Source: an uncultured Gemmatimonadales bacterium (lineage in GTDB: Bacteria; Gemmatimonadota; Gemmatimonadetes; Palauibacterales; Palauibacteraceae). From it: a stretch of 64,000 bases of DNA. This document shows, in pieces, positions 46,341-57,340 of this stretch. The notes beneath the pieces were generated by a model, which saw only the letters and a program-made list of their open reading frames with translations, had not been told where the DNA came from and did no database searches. Each line of letters opens with the position of its first letter. Position 1 is the first letter of the stretch. Location: the NCBI GenBank assembly GCA_963783385.1, contig CAWANJ010000006.1, forward strand, positions 288,001 through 352,000, read 5' to 3'. A program made the translations under genes and the position numbers.

Positions 46341-48936
46341 GTGACCGACCGCACGGATCGTTACTGCGACGTTGCACTGCCGCGCCCGGTGCGGAGCACC
46401 TTCGTGTACCGCCTTCCCGCGGACCTCACGGAGGCGGCGCGGCCTGGCATGCGGGTCCTGGTCCCCTTCCGCCGCCGACGGATGGTCGGCTGCATCGACC
46501 GCATCCGCGCCGAGACGGAGCTCGAGCGCGTGCGGCCGGTCCTCGACCTGCTGGACGATACCCCGCTCCTCCCCGAGAAGCTCCTCCAGCTGTGCCGGTG
46601 GGTGGCCGACTACTACGTCGCGCCCCTGGGCCTGGTGCTGAGGGCGGCGCTGCCGCCCGGCGTCCTGGCCGAGTCCTCCTTCCGGGTCGAGCGCGTGGAG
46701 GAAGCGGGAGCGAAGGGCGCCGATGCCGGGCCCCGGAGCGGCGCCGCGAGCCCCGGGCCGGGCGACGACCTCGGCGAGACTCGGCGACGACGAGCGCGCA
46801 CTCCTGGAGCGGCTGGAACGGGCCCGCGACGGCCTCCAGGCCACCACGCTCCGCCGGGACACGGGCGTCCGGTCGGTGTGGCCCGCGCTCCGCTCCCTGG
46901 CGGCCCGCGGCCTGGTCCGGATCCGCGAAGAGCCCCCATCGACCTCCTCGGGCGTGCGGACCCGGCAGGTGATCACGCTCGTCCAGGGCCTGCCCACCCT
47001 CATGGCGCGCCAGGAAGCCTTCGGCCGGGCCCACCGTCAGCGCGAGGCCTACGAGGCGCTCGAGGGGATGGACGGGAGCGCCTCGGTCGTCCACATGAGC
47101 CAGCGGCTCGGCTTCAGCCGCAGCGTGCTGCGCGGCCTCGAGGAGAAGGGCCTGGCGCGCATCACCGACGAAGTCGAGGCGCGCGACCCCTTCGCCGAGC
47201 TGGGTCCTCCCCCCGAGCGCCCCGACCTCGAGCCGACGCCGGACCAGGGCCGCGTGCTGAACGCGCTGGAGTCGAGACTGGAGGCCGCCGAGCCCGGTAC
47301 GGCGCTGCTCCGAGGCGTGACCGGATCGGGGAAGACGCTCGTCTACATGCGGCTCCTGCGGCGACTGCTGGAGCGGGGCGACCGCGGGGCCATCGTGCTC
47401 GTGCCCGAGATCTCGCTCACGCCGCAGACCGTGCAGCGCTTCCGGGCCGCGTTCGGGGACCGGATCGCGGTGCTGCACTCCGGGCTCTCCGCCGGCGAGC
47501 GGGGCGACGAGTGGCGGGCCCTGCGCGAGGGGCGGAAGCGCATCGCGATCGGGGCGCGCTCCGCGGTGTTCGCGCCCATACCCGCCCTCGGCGCCATCGT
47601 GGTGGACGAGGAGCACGAGGGGAGCTACAAGCAGAGCGACGTCCCGCGCTATCACGCCCGCGCGGTCGCCGTGGTTCGGGCCCGGCTGGAGGGGGCGCTG
47701 TGCGTGCTGGGCTCCGCGACACCCTCGCTCGAGAGCTGGCACAACGCGGCCGAAGGCCTCTACCGGCTCCTGGAGCTCCCCGAGCGGGTGACCGGCCAGC
47801 GGCTGCCGACCGTCGAGCTGGTGGACCTGCGCGAGGAGCGGGAGGCACGCCGTGCCCGCGCCATCGACCGGGCCGACGACGCGGCGCTCGGCGCCGGGGC
47901 CGGCGTCCACGGCGCCTCTGACGACGCGGGCCCCCTGGTCCTCTCGCGTCGCCTGGGCGACGCCCTGGCGCGCTGCCTGGACCGGGGCGAGCAGGCCATC
48001 CTGCTCCTCAACCGGCGCGGCTACTCGACCTTCGTACAGTGCATGGAGTGCGGGAAGGTGTGGAGCTGCCCGCGCTGCAACGTGTCGCTCACCTACCACC
48101 GGGACCGGGAGCGCATCGTCTGCCACCACTGCGGCTACGAGGCGCGCGTCCCGAAGGCCTGCGACGCGTGCGGCGCCGAGGGGCTCACCTTCTCGGGGCT
48201 CGGCACCGAGCAGGTGGAGCGCCGCGTCGGGGAGCTGTTCCCGGCCGCGCGGCTGGCCCGCATGGACGTGGACACGACCGGCACCCGGTGGGCGCACCAC
48301 CGCATCCTCGAGCGTGTCCGGCGACACGAGGTCGACATCCTCCTCGGGACCCAGATGATCGCCAAGGGGCTGGACTTCCCCGACGTCACGCTCGTGGGGG
48401 TGATCAACGCGGACGTGGGGCTGAACCTGCCCGACTTCCGCGCGTCGGAGCGCACCTTCCAGCTCCTGGCGCAGGTGGCGGGGCGGGCCGGACGGGGCGA
48501 GCGCCCCGGCGAGGTGCTCGTGCAGACGGCGCGGCCCGGCCACTTCGCCCTGCAGGCGGCCCTGCGCCACGACTACGTGGCCTTCGCGGCGCAGGAGCTG
48601 GAGGATCGGCTCGGACCCGGATACCCGCCGCACCGGCGGCTGGCGAACCTGGTGGTGAGCGGTCCGCGCCAGGAGGCGGTGGCCGACCTGGCCGAGGAGC
48701 TGGCCGCCTGGATCCGGGGGCTGGTGGCCCGGGAGTCGCTGGAGGGCGTGGACGTGGTGGGCCCGGCGCCCTGCCCCATCGACCGGGTGCGCGGCCGGTG
48801 GCGCTGGCACTTCCTGGTCAAGAGCGACCGGGCCGCGCCGCTCGGCGCCGTGCTGCGCTACCTGTCCGAGCGCCGCGGCCAGCCCTCGGGCGGGCTCCGC
48901 CTCGAGATCGACCGCGACCCCGACTCGCTCCTGTAG
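46341..48936 (+). CDS. priA: Primosomal protein N' (replication restart helicase), frameshifted at ~46779
   Basis: 3'-binding N-domain in ORF 46341; GVTGSGKT, VPEISLTPQ, DEEH, four CxxC, GTQMIAKGLDFP and QVAGRAGR in ORF 46723. Confidence 0.95.
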
Positions 48937-48955
48937 AAGCGTCGCCCCTGGCCGC

Positions 48956-49975
48956 CTACGCCCGGCCCACTCCGAGCCCGGGCTCCTCGCCCACCACGAT
49001 GCGCCCGCGCTCCAGGTGCGGACCCCGGAACGGATCCTCGCCCAGGAGCGCGGCGCCGTCCAGGTCGGCGAAGTCCAGCAGGGAGGCCATGTGGAGGGCG
49101 GGGGCCATCCCGAGGGTCGACCCCAGCATGCAGCCCATCATCACCCGCAGGCCGCACGCCCGCGCCGCATGCACCATGCGGAACGCCTCCCGGAGCCCGC
49201 CGCACTTGGGGAGCTTGATGCTGATCCCGTCCACGCGGTCGGCCAGTCGCGGGATGTCGGTGGCCACCAGGCACGACTCGTCCACCACGATGGGGAGCGG
49301 GGAGATCGCCTTCAGCTCGGCGAGGCCCTCGAAGTCCGCCGGCGGCAGGGGCTGCTCGATGAACTCCACGTCGTACTCCGCCAGCACGGGGATCCTCTCG
49401 GCCGCCTCCTCCACCGTCCAGGCCGCGTTGGCGTCGGCCCGCAGCCGCGCCGAGGGCGCACCCGAGCGCACCGCTTCGAGGATCTCCCGGTCCCGGCCCG
49501 TGCCCACCTTGACCTTGAGGATGGGCCAGTCCGCCGCCGCCCGCGCCTTGGCCTCCACCACGTCCGGCTCGTCGATGCCGATCGTGAAGGAGCTGGCCGG
49601 CGCCTCGGCGGGCTCCAGCCCCCACAGGCGCCACAGCGGCACCCCTCGCATCTTGCCCACCAGGTCGTGGAGGGCCGAGGAGACGGCCGCCCGCGCCGAG
49701 CCCGCCGCCGGAGCCCGCAGGGCCAGCTCGCGCTCCAGCGTCTCCAACCGGTCCGGGTAGCGGGCCTCCTCCAGATACGGCGCCACGCGCGCGAGGGCGG
49801 CATGCACGGTGGCGGCGGTCTCGCCGTAGTAGTCGGACGGGTCGGCCTCGCCCCAACCCACCAGCCCCTCGTGCTCGACCCGGACCCACACGCGCCGCAC
49901 GCGGGTCTGGACGGAGCGGCTGATGCGGAAGGGATGGGCGGGCTCGAGCTCGAGCTCCTCCCACTCGAGCTTCAC
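48956..49975 (-). CDS. L-Ala-D/L-Glu dipeptide epimerase (enolase superfamily)
   Basis: HPFRISR, KVKVG, DANAAW, EQP, VDES, KLPKCGG, DLDG. Confidence 0.92.
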   Translation of the reverse strand: MKLEWEELELEPAHPFRISRSVQTRVRRVWVRVEHEGLVGWGEADPSDYYGETAATVHAALARVAPYLEEARYPDRLETLERELALRAPAAGSARAAVSSALHDLVGKMRGVPLWRLWGLEPAEAPASSFTIGIDEPDVVEAKARAAADWPILKVKVGTGRDREILEAVRSGAPSARLRADANAAWTVEEAAERIPVLAEYDVEFIEQPLPPADFEGLAELKAISPLPIVVDESCLVATDIPRLADRVDGISIKLPKCGGLREAFRMVHAARACGLRVMMGCMLGSTLGMAPALHMASLLDFADLDGAALLGEDPFRGPHLERGRIVVGEEPGLGVGRA

Positions 49976-50613
49976 GCGTCCTGCTCCCCCGGTCCCGCGA
50001 CGGTCACGAAGTCGTACGGGGGCCATGGCCCGGTGACCCTGAGCTCCACCTCCGGGTGATGGCCCTCCCAGCGCGTCGCCTTCTCCACCAGCCGCAGCCA
50101 CTCCCCCCGGCCGACCAGGAAGGCCGCCACCAGCTGGCCCTCGTCCTCGCCCGGAAGCCGGCGCGCCGCCCGGGCCTGTCCGCGGAGGGAGCCGTGCAGC
50201 ATCCGGAGGAACCCCTGCAGCGCCTGCCCGTCGCCCCCGGCGCGCAGTGACACGTGGACCCGCATCTCGTAGCTGTTGTCCAGATAGTCGAGGGCGTCTT
50301 CGAGATCCTCCCGCCGGCGGGCCAGGAACTCCTGGACGGCGTGCTCGTCCCGGGCCACGAGCCCGAACGGCACGGGGACCAGCGTCGAGCGACGCAGCAG
50401 CGCCTCCACGACGCGCTCATGGGTGCGGAGCGCCTCGGGATCGGGCTCGGTCACGTCCCGGAAGGGAGCCTCGGTCACGGCCGCCGCCAGGTCGCCCCGG
50501 GGAACGAGCTCGTACTCGAGAGCCGACCCGCGCAAGTGCAGGGCATCCAGTGCCCGGTCGGTGCGGGTGTTTCGGACCACCGCGTGCACGGCCAGACCGG
50601 GCGCCTCGGACAT
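49972..50613 (-). CDS. GvpL/GvpF family protein
   Basis: HERVVEALL, LVPVPFG, AAFLV, TGPWPPYDF. Confidence 0.85.
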   Translation of the reverse strand: MSEAPGLAVHAVVRNTRTDRALDALHLRGSALEYELVPRGDLAAAVTEAPFRDVTEPDPEALRTHERVVEALLRRSTLVPVPFGLVARDEHAVQEFLARRREDLEDALDYLDNSYEMRVHVSLRAGGDGQALQGFLRMLHGSLRGQARAARRLPGEDEGQLVAAFLVGRGEWLRLVEKATRWEGHHPEVELRVTGPWPPYDFVTVAGPGEQDA

Positions 50614-50618
50614 GCGGC

Positions 50619-51815
50619 TCAGCCCTCCAGGGTCCAGGGCCGCCGCTGGAGTTCGGGCGGCGACACCTCGGGCCCGTCCTCTCCCAGGTGGATGTTGATC
50701 TCGGAGCGGATGCCCCAGCGCCCGGTCAGGTAGACGCCCGGCTCGATCGAGAAGCCGATCCCGGGAACGAGCGGGCGCTCGTCGCGCGTCTCGATGGAGT
50801 CGAGGTTGGGCCCGAACCCGTGGTTCACGCGGTCCATGGCGTGCCCCGTCCGGTGCAGGACCGCCTCGCGGTAGCCGCGCTCGAACAGGATCTCCCGCGC
50901 ACGCCGGTCCACCTCCGCGCCGGTGGGGGGCGGATCCTGGCCGAAGCGTTCGGAGAGGAGCTCCACGGCGCCATCGCGCGCGGCGACCACGGCGTCCCAC
51001 GCCTCCCCGAATCCCTCCGGCAGCTCCTCGTCGAGCACTCCCATCCACGTCTGGTCGGCGAACACCGCGTCGGGCTCCCCGACCGCGCGGCCCCACAGGT
51101 CCACGAGCAGTACCTCGCCCCGGGACAGGACGCGCGAGCCCTCCTCGGGCGGCTCGTAGTGGGGGAGGGCTGTGTTCGGGCCGGCGCCCACGATCACGCC
51201 GCCGCCCGTGAGGCCGGCGTCCCCCATGAGCTCGAGCACGCGGCCAGCCAGCTTCCGCTCGTTCAGCGGGCTCCCCGAGCGCACGGCGTCCGCGGCCTCG
51301 TCGAACGCCTGGCGGGCGATGCGGGCCAGGTCGGCGGCGGCACGGCGGTGGTGGCGCAGCCCCGCCTCGCCCCAGGTGGCGTAGGCGCGGGCGATCAGGT
51401 CGGCGGAGCTGACCACGCGCACGTCGAAAGACTCCACCAGCTCCACCACGCCGGCGGGCACGTAGTCCACGAAGGGCACGGCGTCCCGCTCGGAGATCTC
51501 CATGGCGATCCAGTCGCAGTGGGCCAGCATGGAGGACAGCTCCCCCTCCATCTCCTCCCAGCCCACGTACTCGCGGTGAGCATGGGGCCAGCCCTCCCAG
51601 CTCTGGCGCTCGATGCGATGCGACAGGGCCACGGGCTCCCCCTCCCGCGGCAGGAGCACGAAGTGACGCCGCGATGTCCCCTCCGGGAGGCCGAGGATCT
51701 CGGCGGCGACGCGATTGCGGCCCTCCAGATCGAACAGGAGCCAACCGTCGACCCCCTGGTCCTCCATGGCCTGGCGCGCGCGCGCCAGGAACGCCTCGGA
51801 CAGCGATGCACTCAT
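50619..51815 (-). CDS. M24 family (Xaa-Pro) metallopeptidase
   Basis: PHYEP, LVDLW, ADQTW, HRTGH, FSIEPGVY, GIRSE. Confidence 0.92.
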   Translation of the reverse strand: MSASLSEAFLARARQAMEDQGVDGWLLFDLEGRNRVAAEILGLPEGTSRRHFVLLPREGEPVALSHRIERQSWEGWPHAHREYVGWEEMEGELSSMLAHCDWIAMEISERDAVPFVDYVPAGVVELVESFDVRVVSSADLIARAYATWGEAGLRHHRRAAADLARIARQAFDEAADAVRSGSPLNERKLAGRVLELMGDAGLTGGGVIVGAGPNTALPHYEPPEEGSRVLSRGEVLLVDLWGRAVGEPDAVFADQTWMGVLDEELPEGFGEAWDAVVAARDGAVELLSERFGQDPPPTGAEVDRRAREILFERGYREAVLHRTGHAMDRVNHGFGPNLDSIETRDERPLVPGIGFSIEPGVYLTGRWGIRSEINIHLGEDGPEVSPPELQRRPWTLEG

Positions 51816-52801
51816 GAGTCTTCCTCCCTCGCGGCGTCGACCAGTCCGGCCACGTGCGCGGCCGCCAGGTCGCCCAGCCTCTCCGTGTTGTATCCACCCT
51901 CCAGGAGCGACACGGTCCTCCCCCCCGTCGTGCCGCGGGTCTTCCGCACGAGCTCGACCGTCATGGCGCGGAAGTCCTCGGGCTCCAGGGTGAACCCGGC
52001 CAGCGGATCGCCGCGCGCCGAATCGAAGCCGCACGAGATGAACAGCAGGTCCGGGGCGAAACGGGCCAGCGCCTCGTCCACCGCATCGTACAGCCCCTCC
52101 ACGTACCGCTCCCGCGGCAGACCCGGCGGCATGGGCCGGTTCAGGGTCGTGCCCTCGCCCGCCCCGGCGCCCGTCTCCTCGGCCGCGCCCGTGCCCGGGT
52201 ACAGGGGGGACTGGTGCACGGACAGGTAGAACACGTCGCCGTCCTCGTAGAAGTTGTCCTGCGTGCCGTTCCCGTGGTGCACATCCCAGTCCACGATGAG
52301 GGCCCGCTTCGCCAGGCCGTCCGCGAGGACGTCACGGGCGGCGATGGCCACGGAGTTGAACAGGCAGAAGCCCATCGACTCGGTGGGCGTGGCGTGGTGG
52401 CCAGGCGGACGGATGGCGCAGAAGGCGTTGGAGTGCCGGCCCTCGAGGACCGCGCGGGCCGCCGCCGCCGCCGTCCCGGCGGCGGCGAGTGCCGCGTCCC
52501 AGGAGGCCGCCGACACGACGGTGTCCGCCTCCAGGTGGGTCGGCTCCCCGCGGCGCCGTGCCTCTTCGACGCCCTCACGCACGTGCTCGATCATCTCCGC
52601 TTCGTGCACCAGGGAGAGCCGCTCCGGATCCAGCAGGCGTCCGGGGAGCGACCGGACCTCGGGCAGGAGGTCGGGCAGGGCCCTCTCCAGCCCGGCGCTC
52701 ACGGCACGCAGCCGACCCTGGTGCTCGGGATGGCCCCAGCCGGTGTCGTGCCGCGAGCAGTCCTCGTGCATGTACACGCCCACGGATCCGCGTGCCGCCA
52801 A
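51812..52801 (-). CDS. Histone deacetylase family protein
   Basis: HPEH..RL, RPPGHHA, GFCLFN, DWDVHHGNGTQ, GFD, LEGGY. Confidence 0.95.
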   Translation of the reverse strand: MAARGSVGVYMHEDCSRHDTGWGHPEHQGRLRAVSAGLERALPDLLPEVRSLPGRLLDPERLSLVHEAEMIEHVREGVEEARRRGEPTHLEADTVVSAASWDAALAAAGTAAAAARAVLEGRHSNAFCAIRPPGHHATPTESMGFCLFNSVAIAARDVLADGLAKRALIVDWDVHHGNGTQDNFYEDGDVFYLSVHQSPLYPGTGAAEETGAGAGEGTTLNRPMPPGLPRERYVEGLYDAVDEALARFAPDLLFISCGFDSARGDPLAGFTLEPEDFRAMTVELVRKTRGTTGGRTVSLLEGGYNTERLGDLAAAHVAGLVDAAREEDS

Positions 52802-52936
52802 CCACCACCTCCGCCTGTCGTGGGGAACCCGGCCGTGGCCACCGGGGCGTTGATGCCCCCGGCGCCGCCCCGTAGCTTCCGCCCTTCACGTGGCCCGCCC
52901 CGCGGCGCGGCCCTCCACCGGGAGACTCGGCTCACC

Positions 52937-54022
52937 ATGGCATCGAACACGCGACGCACGCGACTCGCTCTCACGGCCCTGCTCGTGGCCGCCAGCGCGG
53001 CGGCGTGCGACGTGAAGTGGGGCGGCGGCCACATCGCCCTCGAGCACCCGCGCTCGCCGCGCGCCGGGCAGGACTCGGCCGCCACGGCCGCGCCGCCGCC
53101 GGTCCCGCTCCCGAAGCCGCCGTTCGTCTACCTGGTCCGGTTCGAGGGGGATGGAAGCGCCTCGGCCGTGCCCTTCGCCCGGGCGGGAGCCGCCGGCCTC
53201 GAGACGCTCGGCTGGCCCGCCGGCGCCGACGCCGGCTACGCGGCCCGCTTCGACTCGAGCTTCGCCCGTCCGGGCGCCACGCTGGCGCTCCAGGTCGCCG
53301 CCCGCCGCGTGGGCACGCTCATAGTGACCGGAACCCGCATGGCGGTCAACGCGACGTGTCCCTCGGTCACGGACGTCCGCACCCTGGTGGCGCCCGGCCA
53401 GTCGACGCCCCGCTGGGCGTTCGCGGTCGGGCCGGGCCTTCCCGACAGCGTGCCGGCGCGCGTGGACCTGCCGTCCATGGACGATCGCATGCGTACCTTC
53501 GGACCCATCCTGGCGGAGAACCTCCTGAAGACAGCCGGCGTGGAGCACGCCTACCTGGCCCAGCGGGCGGAGCTGCAGGCCGTCCCGCTTCCGGGTGACA
53601 CCCTCGCCGGCGCGGCGGCGCGCGGCCTGGCCGCCACTTACCTCATCGGCGACACGCTCGCCCCCGTGCCGCCCTCGTCGGAGTCGGCCGTATCGCTCTT
53701 CTACCTGGCCGTTTTTGATCCCGCCCGGGGTTACGTGCCCGAGTGGAGCTCGGTGCACCGGTACGGGTCGGCCGCCGACAAGCGGGTCCTCTCGTGGCTG
53801 GGCGCCTTGCGGCTCGGGACCCGGCGGCTGGACATGCTCAGGGAGACGGACGGGTCGGCCGCGCACGTGGCGGCGCACGAAGAGGGGAAGAGCCGGGACA
53901 TCGCCTGGACCGAAGAGGGGCTGTGTCCGGCGCTTCGGAGCCTGCTCGAGGCGCCGCGCGCCGAGAGCGGCACGGCCTCCGACTCGGCGGCGGGCGCCGA
54001 CCCGGGCGCGGGAGGCGGCTGA
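52937..54022 (+). CDS. Hypothetical lipoprotein
   Basis: Signal peptide with lipobox AAAC; GGAG upstream. Confidence 0.75.
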   Translation: MASNTRRTRLALTALLVAASAAACDVKWGGGHIALEHPRSPRAGQDSAATAAPPPVPLPKPPFVYLVRFEGDGSASAVPFARAGAAGLETLGWPAGADAGYAARFDSSFARPGATLALQVAARRVGTLIVTGTRMAVNATCPSVTDVRTLVAPGQSTPRWAFAVGPGLPDSVPARVDLPSMDDRMRTFGPILAENLLKTAGVEHAYLAQRAELQAVPLPGDTLAGAAARGLAATYLIGDTLAPVPPSSESAVSLFYLAVFDPARGYVPEWSSVHRYGSAADKRVLSWLGALRLGTRRLDMLRETDGSAAHVAAHEEGKSRDIAWTEEGLCPALRSLLEAPRAESGTASDSAAGADPGAGGG

Positions 54023-54061
54023 GCGGAGGGACCCGGCGCGCCGCCGGGCGGTGGGGCGGCG

Positions 54062-54937
54062 TCAGGCCGCGTAGGTCTCGAGGACCTTGCCCAGCTCTCC
54101 CTGCCGGAGCTCCCGGAGCGCCCGGTCCCGGAGCTGCCGCACCCTCTCCCGCGTGATCCCGAGGACCTTCCCGATCTCCTCGAGGGTGTGCTGGCTCTCG
54201 CCCTGGAGGCCGTAATACAGCCGGACCACCCGGGCATCCCGTGGACGAAGGAGACGCAGGGCCCGATCCACGTGCTGGACGAGCAGGGCGTCCTCGAACT
54301 CCCGCTCCACGTCCGTCTCATCGAGGAGGATGCGGTCCTGGAGCTGGTTGTCGTCCGAGTCTCCCACCGGAGCGTCCAGCCGCACCTCTCCCACGTTGAG
54401 GGCCTGGAGCATCTCCACCGTCGCGGGGTCCAGCTCCGCCGCCTCGCCGATCTCACGGCTCGTGGGCTCGCGACGCAGGCTCTGGCGGAGATTCTCCCGG
54501 GTGCGCAGCACCCGGCCGAGCTCGGTCGCGCGGTTCAGCGGAAGCCGGACGGATCGACTGTGTCGGGCGAGGGCGGCCAGGATGGCCTGGCGGATCCACC
54601 ACACGGCGTAGCTGATGAACTTCACGCCCTGGTCGGGATCGAACTTCTCGGCGGCCGTCACCAGCCCCACGTTCCCTTCCTGGACCAGGTCCGAGAAGGA
54701 CAGGCCGCGGTTCTGGTAGCGCTTGGCGACCGACACCACGAAGCGGAGGTTGGACCGGATCAGGGTCTCGAACGCCGAGCGGTCGCCCGCACGGGCGCGG
54801 CGCGCGATGTCGTCCTCCTGTCCTGAATCGAGCAGGGGGTAGCGACCCAGCTCGTCCAGGTAGAGGTCGATCGCGGTGGAGCCCCCCGGCTGACGGGTGG
54901 CGAGCGGGGTGGCGGCAGGACGGCCGTTTCGGGCCAT
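54062..54937 (-). CDS. RNA polymerase sigma-70 factor, RpoD/SigA-like without region 1.1
   Basis: YLDEL..YPLL, NLRFVVSVAK, DLVQEGN, FISYAVWWIRQ, TLEEIG..TRERVRQ. Confidence 0.95.
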   Translation of the reverse strand: MARNGRPAATPLATRQPGGSTAIDLYLDELGRYPLLDSGQEDDIARRARAGDRSAFETLIRSNLRFVVSVAKRYQNRGLSFSDLVQEGNVGLVTAAEKFDPDQGVKFISYAVWWIRQAILAALARHSRSVRLPLNRATELGRVLRTRENLRQSLRREPTSREIGEAAELDPATVEMLQALNVGEVRLDAPVGDSDDNQLQDRILLDETDVEREFEDALLVQHVDRALRLLRPRDARVVRLYYGLQGESQHTLEEIGKVLGITRERVRQLRDRALRELRQGELGKVLETYAA

Positions 54938-55139
54938 GATGGCGATCCGGTCGATTGCTGTGCGAGGAGGGTGAGGCCGGCTTTCCCCCGGTCCAACCCG
55001 CGGGGCGCCGGTCGTTCACCGGTTCGAAAAGTTAGGTGGGCCTACGCGGCCCGTCAACGAGGTCCCCGGAGCGCCGTCGCGGCCCGGCCGCCGACGGCGC
55101 GTCTTTCGTCACGGCCGTACGGCTCCCCAGTATGTGTCC

Positions 55140-55913
55140 ATGGAGCTCCAGCTCGCGCATGCGGCCGCAACGGACGTGGGTCGAGTCCGTGACCAGAACG
55201 AGGACGCGTGGCTCGCCGTTCCCGACGGCTGGCTGTTCGCGGTCGCCGACGGCATGGGTGGGCACGCCGCGGGCGAGGTCGCCAGCCGCGTGGCCGTCGA
55301 GACCCTGGCCGAGGAGCTGAAGGGAGTCTCGCCTCGCGACGTGGAGGCCGCCCGATCGGAGCTCGAGCGCGCCGTGCTGCACGCCGGGCGGCGCATCCAC
55401 GAGCAGTCCGCGCGCGTGCCGGAGCGGCACGGGATGGGCACCACGGTGACCGTCCTGCAATTCCTGGAGGCCGGCCGCGCCGTGCTGGCCCACGTGGGTG
55501 ACAGCCGCGCCTACAGGCTCCGAGAAGGGAGGCTGCGGCGTCTCACCCGCGACCACACCTGGGTCCAGCAGCAGATGGACCGCGGCCTCATGTCGGAGAG
55601 CGGGGCCCGCCGCCACCCCGCCTCGAGCGTGCTCACGCGGGCCCTGGGGACGGCGCCCCAGGTGTCCCCCGATCTGTCCGTGGTCGACTGGCGCCCGGGC
55701 GACGTCTTCCTGCTGTGCTCGGACGGCCTCACCGGACCGGTGGCCGAGGCGGACATCGAGCGGACGCTGCGGGAGAGCCCCGATCCGCAGACCGCGGCCG
55801 CCGCGCTGGTGCGCCTGGCCAACGACCGGGGCGGACCGGACAACGTCACGGCCGTGGTGGTGCGAACCGGAGCGGAGTCGGCGCAGGAGGACGATCGAAC
55901 CCCGGCGTCGTAG
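55140..55913 (+). CDS. PP2C-type Ser/Thr phosphatase (Stp1/PrpC-like)
   Basis: TDVGRVR..NED, ADGMGG, MGTT, VGDSR, LCSDGL, GGPDN. Start at 55134 or 55140. Confidence 0.94.
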   Translation: MELQLAHAAATDVGRVRDQNEDAWLAVPDGWLFAVADGMGGHAAGEVASRVAVETLAEELKGVSPRDVEAARSELERAVLHAGRRIHEQSARVPERHGMGTTVTVLQFLEAGRAVLAHVGDSRAYRLREGRLRRLTRDHTWVQQQMDRGLMSESGARRHPASSVLTRALGTAPQVSPDLSVVDWRPGDVFLLCSDGLTGPVAEADIERTLRESPDPQTAAAALVRLANDRGGPDNVTAVVVRTGAESAQEDDRTPAS

Positions 55914-55916
55914 CGC

Positions 55917-57260
55917 TCAGCCGTAGATCGGCCGGTCCTCCGCGAGCCGGTCGGCGGCCTGGCCGGGTGGCGCCTCGAGCAGCTCCAGCAGGGGAGCCGG
56001 ATCGCGGGGCTCGGTGCCCGGGAGGGTGAACACCCGCAGCACCCGCGCCGAGTGGTGCAGCCCGCGGCTCAGGCGCGGAAGGTCGAGGATCCCCTCTGCG
56101 CCTGCCGAGGTCAGTCTGCGTACCTCGCCGCGTGCCCTGACCAGGAGGAGGCGCAGGTCCAGCATGGCCGGGTAGGATGGGTAGTCCAGCAGCACGATCC
56201 CATCTTCCAACCCCCACTCCCGCGCCAGCCTTCCCTCCAGGCGACGCGCCAGGCCCGGCTTCTCATGGAGCCAGGTCGGCGTGTCGGGCGGCAGCTCGTC
56301 CCCGAACAGCTCCACGCAGCGCTTGGGCAATCGCCGGTCGGTGAGCGCCGCGACCATGTCGCGGACGCGCCCGCCGGCGGCCTCGCCCGCGCTTCCCGCC
56401 CCCGCCTCGACCCGGTGCCGCAGCGTTCCGAACAGCTCCTCGTCCGTTCGGCCGGGAAGCTCGTCGCGTCCCAGCACTCCGGCCTCCAGGGCGGTCTCCA
56501 CCAGCCGGCGGAACAACGCCGATGCCGCCCGCACGGTGTGGTGCCAGTAGACGTTCCGAAACATCTGGTACTTGGAGAACAGCAGCGACTCGAGAGCCGT
56601 GATGCCCTTCTCGGTCACGGCGAGCTCCAGGGGAGCCCCGGGCGCCTCGCGGGCCAGGGTGAGGGAGTCCAGGAGCCGATCCACGTCGACGGCCCCGTAG
56701 GGCACGCCGCAGAAAAAGCTGTCGCGGGCCAGATAGTCGATCTTGTCCAGGTCCAGGGAGCCCGCGATCAGTCCCTGGAGCGGGTGGCCGGATCGGCCCC
56801 GGATGAAGTCCGCCACCCGTGCGGGGCCGTCGGGCCGTACCTGCTCGAGGGAGCGGCGGATCGGGTCGGCCCCGAGGAAGAGGGCCGCGAGCTCCTCGTG
56901 GTGGCCGGGAAGCGAGTCCGGCTCGATCTCCTCCATGGCGTGGGAGAAGGCGTAGTGTCCCACGTCGTGGAGCAGGGCGGCGAGCGGCACGAGGGGAAGC
57001 TCCTCGCGCTCGGGAGGCGACAGGCTGGCCAGCGCACCGGCGCTCTCCAGGAGCCCCAGGGCGCGCTCGGCCAGGTGGTAGACGCCCAGGGCGTGGAGGA
57101 AGCGCGTGTGGACCGCGCCCGGATATACGAGGTGCGCGAAGCCGAGCTGCTTGACGCGCCGCAGGCGCTGGAACTGCGGGCTGTCGACCAGGGCGGCCGC
57201 CCGTGGACGCAGGCGGATGTTGCCCCACAGGGGGTCACGGACCGTGCGGGCTCGGACCAT
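55917..57260 (-). CDS. HD-domain protein (SAMHD1/YdhJ-like phosphohydrolase)
   Basis: FQRLRRVKQLG, HTRFLHALG, LLHDVGH, DLDKIDYLARD, VYWH. Confidence 0.92.
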   Translation of the reverse strand: MVRARTVRDPLWGNIRLRPRAAALVDSPQFQRLRRVKQLGFAHLVYPGAVHTRFLHALGVYHLAERALGLLESAGALASLSPPEREELPLVPLAALLHDVGHYAFSHAMEEIEPDSLPGHHEELAALFLGADPIRRSLEQVRPDGPARVADFIRGRSGHPLQGLIAGSLDLDKIDYLARDSFFCGVPYGAVDVDRLLDSLTLAREAPGAPLELAVTEKGITALESLLFSKYQMFRNVYWHHTVRAASALFRRLVETALEAGVLGRDELPGRTDEELFGTLRHRVEAGAGSAGEAAGGRVRDMVAALTDRRLPKRCVELFGDELPPDTPTWLHEKPGLARRLEGRLAREWGLEDGIVLLDYPSYPAMLDLRLLLVRARGEVRRLTSAGAEGILDLPRLSRGLHHSARVLRVFTLPGTEPRDPAPLLELLEAPPGQAADRLAEDRPIYG

Positions 57261-57340
57261 CCGGGAGCCCCGGTCTCGCCGTCAGCTCCGCGGCCGTCGC
57301 CGGCGGGCGGATGCCCACCCGGGACGGCGACGTTCCCGCC

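Noticed and set aside
46341-48936. priA and the other frameshifted genes as true pseudogenes or programmed frameshifts
   Set aside because: Both halves are intact, there are no slippery heptamers, and the window-wide indel rate points to sequencing error.
55917-57260. HD-domain dNTPase as a defence system
   Set aside because: It resembles the widespread housekeeping SAMHD1/YdhJ-like family and has no defence-island context.
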